Under the pieces are notes generated by a model that worked only from the letters and a program-made list of their open reading frames with translations, was not told where the DNA came from and searched no databases. Positions 26,334-32,000 of a DNA stretch of 32,000 bases are shown piece after piece. Origin of the DNA: Oscillospiraceae bacterium (GTDB lineage: Bacteria; Bacillota; Clostridia; Oscillospirales; Oscillospiraceae); the NCBI GenBank assembly GCA_020025275.1, contig JAHHSI010000010.1, positions 28,572 through 60,571 on the forward strand, read 5' to 3'. Position 1 is the first letter of the stretch; each line of letters begins with the position of its first letter. Both the position numbers and the translations under genes were made by a program.

Positions 26334-27611
26334 ATGGAAAAGACCAACGCAAAGTATCAACAGTATGTTAAGACTCTGGAAGTAGAGCTGATGGCTGCTA
26401 TGGGCTGCACCGAGCCCATCGCAATTTCTTTTGCCGCAGCTAAGGCAAGAGAAGTGCTGGGTAAGATGCCGGAGCGCGTTGTTGTTGAGGCCAGCGGCAA
26501 CCTGATCAAGAACGTCAAGAGCGTGATCGTGCCCAACACCGATGGTATGAAGGGCATCGAGGCCGCTGCTGCTGTCGGTATTGTTGCCGGTAAGGCCGAG
26601 AAGAAGCTGGAGGTCATCAGCGAGGTTACCGACGAGCAGAAAGCCGAGACCAAGAAGTTCCTGGAGGAGAAGGAGATCACCGTGCAGGTGGCGAAGTCCA
26701 ACATCGTGTTCGACCTGATCGTCAGCGTGTACGCCGGTGAGGATTCCGCTGTGGTCCGCATTGTTGATGAGCACACCAACATTGTTATGATCGAGAAGAA
26801 CGGCGAGCGTCTGGTGGACGTCCCCGTGGCCGATCCCGTGGCTGAGGAGCCCAAGCAGGATGCCATGACCGTCGAGGAGATCCTGGACTTCGCTAAGACC
26901 TGCGATATTGACGATGTCCGCGCTGTGATCAAGCGCCAGATGGAGTATAATGCTGCCATCGCTGATGAGGGCCTGAAGAACAGCTGGGGCGCCAACGTGG
27001 GCCGTGTGATCATGGACAGCAACAACGGTGAGGATGTCCGCATCCGTGCCAAGGCTCGTGCTGCTGCCGGTTCCGATGCCCGTATGAGCGGCTGCGAGAT
27101 GCCCGTTGTCATCAACTCCGGCAGCGGCAACCAGGGTATCACCATCGCTGTGCCCATCATGGAGTACGCAAAGGAGCTGAACTCCACCGAGGAAGATCTG
27201 TATCGTGCCCTGATCCTGGCAAACCTGCTGGGTCTGCACCAGAAGGCCGGTATCGGCCGTCTGTCCGCTTACTGCGGTGCTGTCAGCGCCGGATGTGCCG
27301 CCGGTGCCGGTATTGCTTACCTGATGCACGAGAGCGACTGGGTCATCATGCACACCATCGCAAACTGCCTGGCCATCACCTCCGGTATCATCTGTGACGG
27401 TGCAAAGCCCTCCTGCGCAGCTAAGATCGCTGCTTCCATCGATGCAGCGCTGCTGGCTCTGGAGATGGCAAAGCGTGAGCAGCAGTTCAAGGGCGGCGAG
27501 GGCATTGTGAAGAAGGGTATCGAGAATACCATTCGCAGCGTTGCTCAGCTGGGTAAGGAAGGTATGCGTGAGACCGACAAGGAGATCCTGAAGATCATGG
27601 TCGAGCGCTAA
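26334..27611 (+). CDS. cyuA: L-cysteine desulfidase family protein (UPF0597, YhaM/CyuA-like)
   Basis: 425 aa. Collinear with E. coli YhaM/CyuA as I remember it: GCTEPIAISFAAA, EHTNIVMIEKNG, AAAGSDARMSGCEMPVVINSGSGNQGIT, RLSAYCGAVSAGCAAGAGIA, GIICDGAKPSCAAKIA, ETDKEILKIM. AGGAGA RBS. Confidence 0.85.
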   Translation: MEKTNAKYQQYVKTLEVELMAAMGCTEPIAISFAAAKAREVLGKMPERVVVEASGNLIKNVKSVIVPNTDGMKGIEAAAAVGIVAGKAEKKLEVISEVTDEQKAETKKFLEEKEITVQVAKSNIVFDLIVSVYAGEDSAVVRIVDEHTNIVMIEKNGERLVDVPVADPVAEEPKQDAMTVEEILDFAKTCDIDDVRAVIKRQMEYNAAIADEGLKNSWGANVGRVIMDSNNGEDVRIRAKARAAAGSDARMSGCEMPVVINSGSGNQGITIAVPIMEYAKELNSTEEDLYRALILANLLGLHQKAGIGRLSAYCGAVSAGCAAGAGIAYLMHESDWVIMHTIANCLAITSGIICDGAKPSCAAKIAASIDAALLALEMAKREQQFKGGEGIVKKGIENTIRSVAQLGKEGMRETDKEILKIMVER

Positions 27612-27672
27612 ACGCGTTCCACTTCGGAGAGGACACGCCCTGCGGCAGCCCCTCTGTGAAATGAACTGAACA

Positions 27673-27716
27673 GCACCCCGGTGTGGAGGCGAGCCTCTGC
27701 ACCGGGGTGCGTTTCT
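27673..27716 (+). terminator. Terminator-like long hairpin after cyuA
   Basis: Outer stem gcaccccggtg (27673..27683) / caccggggtgc (27700..27710) with inner gagg/cctc, followed by GTTTCT (weak T-tract). Confidence 0.55.
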
Positions 27717-27771
27717 ATGTTCGGGCAAAAGGGATGGGCGGCGCTTTTCCACATGCAGGCGGGTCAAAGTG

Positions 27772-27810
27772 AAAAACGAGGGGGCGAGACATGGTCTCGC
27801 TCCCTCGTTT
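27772..27810. terminator. Bidirectional intrinsic terminator (main terminator of the minus-strand M24 peptidase gene)
   Basis: 14-bp stem cgagggggcgagac (27777..27790) / gtctcgctccctcg (27794..27807), loop atg, with AAAAA on the left and TTT on the right. Confidence 0.8.
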
Positions 27811-27858
27811 TGCTGTAGTCTTTGGCGACGTTTTCCACAAAGCGGTGGATAACAGCCG

Positions 27859-28932
27859 TCACTGGAGAATGATGAGCTCCTTGGTCAGGTCGTAGAGGTT
27901 CTCCGCGCCGTCCTTGGTGGCGATCACCAGATCCTCGATGCGGACGCCGCAGTAGCCGGGAACATAGATGCCGGGTTCGATGGAGAACACCATGTTCTCC
28001 TGCACAGTGAGATCGCTCTTGCTCTCTACATAGGGGAACTCATGGCCGTCCACGCCGATGCCGTGGCCCAGACGGTGGATGAACTGTTCGCCGTAGCCCT
28101 CTGCGGTGATGATGTCACGGGCGATCTTGTCCAGATCGCTGAACTTCATGCCGATGTGGATGCTCTCCAGAGCCGTCAGCTGGGCTTTGCGCACGATTTC
28201 GTAGATCTTGCGGGCCTCATCTTCCACATGGTGATAGAAGAAGGTACGGGTCATATCGGAGCGGTAGCCCTGCTTGAAGGCACCGGTGTCGATGATGATG
28301 CTGTCGCCCTCCCGGAGTACCGTGCCGTCGGGACGGTGGTGGGGCTCGGCACCCATGGGACCGAAGGAGACCACAGGGGTGATGTTATAGCCATCGGCAC
28401 CATATTTATTATAGAGACCATGCAGTTCTTCGGCCAGTTCCCGCTCTGTCACGCCGGGGCGGACCATGGTGGAAAGTTCGTGGATGACCGTTTGGTTCAC
28501 ACGGCAGGTCTCCCGCATCAGCTCCTTTTCCTCTTCATCCTTGAACATACGGATGTAGTCAACGAGCATATGGTCCACCACATAGTTGGCGTGCTTGCAC
28601 TGCATCAGCTCGAGAAGGAAGTGGGCGTGCCACACTTTATCCACAGCAACGGTAGCGCCCTCACGGATCAGCGTGGAGAGCATGGCAACGGGGTCCTGGC
28701 TGTCACTGTACCAGAGTTTTTCCACATCGAGGGAAGCAACTTCGGAAAAGAGAGTGTTGGTGACCAGCACCGTTTGACCGCTCTTATCAACGAAGAGCAC
28801 GTAGAGCCGCTCCTTGGGGTTGATCTTCTCCCCGGTCAGATAAAAGAGGGAGGAGGGGGAGCTGACGATCATCTGGTCGATGTTCTTTTCTTGCATCCGA
28901 TGGATCAGGTTTTGGATACGCTGCTGTTTCAT
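27859..28932 (-). CDS. M24B-family Xaa-Pro aminopeptidase/dipeptidase
   Basis: 357 aa with a creatinase-like N-domain. Metal ligand blocks DTGAFKQGYRSDMTRT, HRLGHGIGVDGHEFP, FSIEPGIY and VRIEDLV. Confidence 0.9.
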   Translation of the reverse strand: MKQQRIQNLIHRMQEKNIDQMIVSSPSSLFYLTGEKINPKERLYVLFVDKSGQTVLVTNTLFSEVASLDVEKLWYSDSQDPVAMLSTLIREGATVAVDKVWHAHFLLELMQCKHANYVVDHMLVDYIRMFKDEEEKELMRETCRVNQTVIHELSTMVRPGVTERELAEELHGLYNKYGADGYNITPVVSFGPMGAEPHHRPDGTVLREGDSIIIDTGAFKQGYRSDMTRTFFYHHVEDEARKIYEIVRKAQLTALESIHIGMKFSDLDKIARDIITAEGYGEQFIHRLGHGIGVDGHEFPYVESKSDLTVQENMVFSIEPGIYVPGYCGVRIEDLVIATKDGAENLYDLTKELIILQ

Positions 28933-29015
28933 AGTTGTGCATTCCTTTCATAAAAAGACGGGTAAAGGGCACCGGAGCGATGCCTTGCGGATGGGGATGC
29001 TGGGGATATCGTCTG

Positions 29016-29040
29016 AAAAAACGCCCCCCAAAGGGGGGCG
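29016..29040 (-). terminator. Intrinsic terminator after ybaB
   Basis: On the minus strand, stem cgcccccc / ggggggcg (29022..29029 / 29033..29040 in plus coordinates) followed by TTTTTT (plus-strand A-run 29016..29021). Confidence 0.85.
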
Positions 29041-29052
29041 TCAGAGCGACCG

Positions 29053-29418
29053 TTAAAAGGGGAAACCGGGGATGTTCAGACCGCCGGTCAGGCTGCTCAT
29101 GGAGCTCTCCATGGCGGCATCAGCCTGACGGAGTGCCTCATTGACGGCGGAAATCACCAGATCCTGCAGCATTTCTACGTCCTCGGCATCGACGGCCTCG
29201 GGCTTGATGACCAGAGAGGTCAGTTCTTTCTTGCCGCTGACGGTAGCCTGCACCACGCCGCCGCCCACAGACGCAGTGAAGCTGCTGCTCTCCACGTCCT
29301 CCTGTGCCTTGGCCATATCCTGCTGCATCTTCAGCAGCTTCTGCTGCATTTGCTGCTGCTGGCGCATCATATTGTTGCCGCCGCTGAAACCGCCGCGGGC
29401 GCTGTATCCTTTTGCCAT
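29053..29418 (-). CDS. ybaB: Nucleoid-associated protein YbaB/EbfC
   Basis: 121 aa. Gln-rich MMRQQQQMQQKLLKMQQDMAKAQEDVE helix followed by ASVGGGVVQATVSGKKELTSLVIKPEAVDAEDVEMLQDLVISAVNEAL. AGGAGG RBS. Starts 12 nt after the dnaX stop. Confidence 0.9.
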   Translation of the reverse strand: MAKGYSARGGFSGGNNMMRQQQQMQQKLLKMQQDMAKAQEDVESSSFTASVGGGVVQATVSGKKELTSLVIKPEAVDAEDVEMLQDLVISAVNEALRQADAAMESSMSSLTGGLNIPGFPF

Positions 29419-29430
29419 TGTGTTGTCCTC

Positions 29431-31404
29431 CTACTTGATTTTGAAGTGATCCAGCATCGGGGCTGCATCAATAATTTTGTTTAACTTATCGTGGGATGGC
29501 CGGGGAGAGTCTTCCCAAGGCGGGGCCTCCTCTGGTTCTTTCGGTTCCGGAGCCGGAGAGGGCGGTGCCGGTTCTGCCGGTACAGGGGGGGCACTGGGCA
29601 TCTCCGCTTTGGATCGGGCCGGCGTGGCTCGCCGCACCGAAGCGGCGCCGCTGGCCTGTGGCCGCTTCCCCACCTTGAAAGCGATCCGCACGGGGTGTCC
29701 GGCGTGCTGGGAGGTGACCTCCTGCAAGACACTGACCACAGAGGGCTGATCCAGAGACATCTGAACAAAGTCGTTGTCACAGTATACAGTGAGACAGTCG
29801 CCCTCCAGAATACCGCCGGCCATATTCAAAAAGACACGGTGGTTTACCGGCAAACAGCCCTTGTAGTGATCCAGAAGGCGTGTCCAGACCGCCGCATCGC
29901 CGCCGGATTCCACCTGTGTCGGTGCAGAGGCCGGCTGAGGCGCAGCGGGGGGCGCACTGCGGGCAGTTTTGCGGGTGGAAGGGGCAGGCCGTGGCGCACT
30001 GCGCTGCGGTACTTCCTCCGGCGGAATGTCAAAGACTCGTTCCCGCCCGGCGGGTTCCTCCGGCAGGGGAGGTTCTTCCGGAAGCGGGGGCTCTTCGTAT
30101 GGGAGCGGCGTTTCCTGCAGCGAGGGGACCTCCTGACGGGAGAGTTCTTCCCAGCGCAGGGGGCGGACTTCCGCCGGTGCGGTTGCTGCCTTAGGACGTG
30201 ACGGCCGTGGGACAGGGGAAATCGGTGCGGCAGGGGCAGCAGCCGGAACCGGAACGGTGCCGCTTTGGAGAAGCTGTTCCAGATGCTCGATCCGCTGCAC
30301 CAGTGCGTCCGGATCGCCGCTGAGGGCCTCGTCGCACAGCCGCAGCAGGCACAGCTCGGCCTCCGTGCGGGGGTGGTAGCTGTCCGCCAGTGCGGCGCAG
30401 CAGCTTTGCAGCGTACTTGTCAAATAGAGAAATCGGTGCATGGACTGATCACGGCCCAGTTCCGTCAGAGTTTTCAGATCATAAACGCCGGTGAGCAGGG
30501 CTGACGCGCCGGCCGGCGCCGCCTTCACCATGGTGAGATCGCGGCTGAGATCCAGAAGTTCACCCAGCAGGGCAGCTACGTCCTTGCCGCCGCGGTAGAG
30601 CTCATCAAAGAGTGCCAAGGCTTCGCCGGTATTGCGTGCAAGAAGGCAGCGCATCAGCTGTACGGTCTGCACGCTTCCGGCAAGGCCCAGTACATCCAGA
30701 ACAGCAGCGCTGTCCACGTCGCCGTCAGCCGAGCGGCACTGGTCCAAAAGACTGAGGGCGTCACGCAATGCGCCGTTGGCCATGCGGGCCAGAATTTCCG
30801 CACCATCGGGGGTCAGGGGGATCCCCTCGGCACCGGCCACCTTCAAAAGCTGGGCCTCGATGTCCCGGGGCAGGATCCGCTTGAACGTGAAGCGCTGGCA
30901 GCGAGAGAGAATGGTGGCAGGCACCTTTTGCAGCTCCGTAGTGGCGAGAATGAACACCAGATGGGCCGGAGGCTCCTCCAGAATTTTCAAGAGGGCATTG
31001 AACGCCTCACGGGTGAGCATATGGACCTCGTCGATGATGTAGACCCGTTTGCGCAGGACGGCAGGGGTATAGATCGCCTCTTCCCGCAGGGCACGGACAT
31101 AATCCACACCGCTGTTGGAGGCGGCGTCCAGCTCCGTCACATCCAGAAGCGTCCCGTCATCGATCCCCCGGCAGGCGTCGCACGCATTGCAGGGGGCGCC
31201 GTCGATGGGATGCTGACAGTTGATGGCCTTGGCCAAAATACGGGCACAGGTGGTTTTACCGGTGCCACGGGTACCAGTGAAGAGATAGGCGTGGGCGGTG
31301 CGCCCCTCGGCTACCTGATGCTGGAGTGTGCCGGTGATGTGTGACTGGCCCACTACTTCTGAAAAAGTCTGGGGCCGCCATTTGCGATAGAGGGCTTGAT
31401 ACAT
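29431..31404 (-). CDS. dnaX: DNA polymerase III subunit gamma/tau
   Basis: 657 aa from ATG 31404 (MYQALYRKWRPQTFSEVVGQ...). AAGGAGA RBS (complement of 31415..31421). Walker A GTRGTGKTT, Zn module CQHPIDGAPCNACDAC, Walker B IIDEVH, sensor SRCQRF. Long Pro/Ala/Glu-rich linker, then a C-terminal tau domain. The track's extra 41 N-terminal residues (to 31527) run through the SRP RNA gene. Confidence 0.93.
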   Translation of the reverse strand: MYQALYRKWRPQTFSEVVGQSHITGTLQHQVAEGRTAHAYLFTGTRGTGKTTCARILAKAINCQHPIDGAPCNACDACRGIDDGTLLDVTELDAASNSGVDYVRALREEAIYTPAVLRKRVYIIDEVHMLTREAFNALLKILEEPPAHLVFILATTELQKVPATILSRCQRFTFKRILPRDIEAQLLKVAGAEGIPLTPDGAEILARMANGALRDALSLLDQCRSADGDVDSAAVLDVLGLAGSVQTVQLMRCLLARNTGEALALFDELYRGGKDVAALLGELLDLSRDLTMVKAAPAGASALLTGVYDLKTLTELGRDQSMHRFLYLTSTLQSCCAALADSYHPRTEAELCLLRLCDEALSGDPDALVQRIEHLEQLLQSGTVPVPAAAPAAPISPVPRPSRPKAATAPAEVRPLRWEELSRQEVPSLQETPLPYEEPPLPEEPPLPEEPAGRERVFDIPPEEVPQRSAPRPAPSTRKTARSAPPAAPQPASAPTQVESGGDAAVWTRLLDHYKGCLPVNHRVFLNMAGGILEGDCLTVYCDNDFVQMSLDQPSVVSVLQEVTSQHAGHPVRIAFKVGKRPQASGAASVRRATPARSKAEMPSAPPVPAEPAPPSPAPEPKEPEEAPPWEDSPRPSHDKLNKIIDAAPMLDHFKIK

Positions 31405-31436
31405 ACCTGCACGTCTCCTTTCTGCTGTTTTTGGAT

Positions 31437-31587
31437 AAAAAAACTCCTCCGCATGAAGCCACAGAGCCGGCGCCCTCACGGCACATGGATGATCCCTCTT
31501 AATGCTGCTCGGTTCCCCGCCTGACATGATTCGTGGGTATCCATTGCGTGAGACCGGCTCCGCAGCTGCATGCGGAGGATGAGTCGT
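31437..31587 (-). ncRNA. ffs: Signal recognition particle RNA (small/4.5S-type SRP RNA)
   Basis: The minus-strand transcript folds as one long hairpin. 5' UCCUCCGCAUG pairs with 3' CAUGCGGAGGA (31568..31578 with 31445..31455). GGAGCCGG pairs with CCGGCUCU, CUCACG with CGUGAG, and AUGGAU with AUCCAU. The apex carries the universally conserved domain IV sequence GUCAGGCGGGGAACCGAGCAGCAUUAAG (GGAA tetraloop; compare GUCAGGUCCGGAAGGAAGCAGC in E. coli and B. subtilis). It ends in a U-run (31437..31443) and sits immediately upstream of dnaX, the classic Firmicutes arrangement. Confidence 0.85.
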
Positions 31588-31593
31588 GCAATT

Positions 31594-31622
31594 ATTTTAC
31601 TACAAAATACAGCGCTTGGCAA
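31594..31622 (-). promoter_or_regulatory. Sigma-A-type promoter for ffs
   Basis: On the minus strand: -35 TTGCCA (31617..31622), 17-nt spacer, -10 TAAAAT (31594..31599). The predicted start is near 31587. Confidence 0.5.
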
Positions 31623-31641
31623 CAGTAAATTGCGGCTTATT

Positions 31642-32000
31642 TTACAGGCGGACAGCCTGCTCGTAGTTTTTCCCGACCTGCCAGAGACGGATCAGGAAGA
31701 AAATCGTGGCCACTGCCTGCGCAATCAGAAGGCACAGGCTTGCAACGGCGCCCAGAGCGGGAGAGAACATGACCAGCGGAGTGAGCACCAGAGACAGCAG
31801 CGCACACATGACCACCGTCTTCCACGCCTTGAACAGAGGCACACTGCCCAGCTCGACGTTGCGATGGACCTCCACGTTGGCAATGGCGTGGACCACCCGC
31901 CACGTCACATACAGGGTGAGAAGCAGGGCCGCTGCATCCAGAATGGTGATGATGTAGGGCAGCGCCGCGCCGTGGGGGTGCAGGAAAAGATCACGCAGCC
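31642..32000 (-). CDS. Hypothetical integral membrane protein, C-terminal part (N-terminus beyond the window)
   Basis: The frame of track ORF 31642..31908 stays open upstream to position 32000 (...LRDLFLHPHGAALPYIITILDAAALLLTLYVTWRVVHAIANVEVHRNVELGSVPLFKAWKTVVMCALLSLVLTPLVMFSPALGAVASLCLLIAQAVATIFFLIRLWQVGKNYEQAVRL*). It has about three hydrophobic helices. The track start is an internal GTG. I do not recognise a family. Confidence 0.5.
   Translation of the reverse strand, partial: LRDLFLHPHGAALPYIITILDAAALLLTLYVTWRVVHAIANVEVHRNVELGSVPLFKAWKTVVMCALLSLVLTPLVMFSPALGAVASLCLLIAQAVATIFFLIRLWQVGKNYEQAVRL

Noticed and set aside
21763-27767. Four nearly gene-length minus-strand ORFs (480, 418, 430 and 493 aa) mirroring the URO-D, YfcC, M20D and cyuA genes.
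   Set aside because: Same artefact as above, exaggerated by the strong NNC/NNT codon bias of this cluster. The products are D/G/H/Q/V-rich with no motifs. It is reported only as a codon-usage symptom, not as genes.
30040-30115. Imperfect 18-nt tandem repeat inside dnaX encoding EEPPLPEEPPLPEEP, considered as a possible gamma/tau frameshift or slippage site.
   Set aside because: It is a Pro/Glu-rich linker typical of tau. I saw no A-AAA-AAG-type slippery heptamer or long homopolymer with a nearby out-of-frame stop, so there is no evidence for programmed frameshifting.
31405-31527. N-terminal 41-aa extension of dnaX in the ORF track (MSGGEPSSIKRDHPCAVRAP...).
   Set aside because: It reads through the SRP RNA gene and its terminator. 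The conserved DnaX N-terminus MYQALYRKWRPQTF starts at ATG 31404 and has its own AAGGAGA RBS.
31637-31903. Alternative minus-strand frame (88 aa, MAGGPRHCQRGGPSQRRAG...) overlapping the terminal membrane-protein gene.
   Set aside because: It is an Arg/Gly/Pro-rich out-of-frame shadow. The other frame encodes coherent TM helices and stays open to the window edge.

Overview
GC-rich Firmicutes/Clostridia-style chromosomal segment. The taxon call is inference from AGGAGG-type RBSs, ffs-dnaX-ybaB synteny and a PerR plus reverse-rubrerythrin pair typical of anaerobes. I can support 26 protein genes, one RNA gene (SRP RNA), about a dozen intrinsic terminators, several sigma-A-type promoters and a few palindromic operators. 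I saw no rRNA, tRNA, CRISPR array, IS/transposase, integrase or phage genes, so the window is mostly core housekeeping and transport. Gene order, left to right: CrtI-like flavoenzyme (partial) with a divergent TetR; a second TetR divergent from an extended-SDR reductase; ftsH; rlmB; a 780-aa membrane protein; an EF-G paralogue; perR-rbr; a YczE-like and a FUSC-like membrane protein; a 5-gene peptide/nickel-type ABC importer; a CaCA Ca2+/Na+-type antiporter; a URO-D-family / YfcC-transporter / M20D-amidohydrolase operon followed by a separately promoted CyuA-type L-cysteine desulfidase; an M24 Xaa-Pro peptidase; ybaB; dnaX; ffs; and a partial membrane protein. No obvious defence or mobile system is present. 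The best candidates for something undescribed are: (1) the 780-aa protein, which by eye is a P1B-type ATPase scaffold with all catalytic motifs replaced, fused to an acidic disordered N-terminus; (2) a promoter, roughly 150-nt structured leader and terminator upstream of the antiporter, carrying the GGGGAGUAG box of the yybP-ykoY (Mn2+) riboswitch class; and (3) the URO-D/YfcC/M20D/CyuA cluster, a possible uptake-deacylation-desulfidation route with its own codon signature and tandem GT-N-AC palindromes over the cyuA promoter. Several ORF-track starts are over-extended and are corrected below. One extension (dnaX) hides the SRP RNA. All functional calls come from motif recognition by eye, with no database search.
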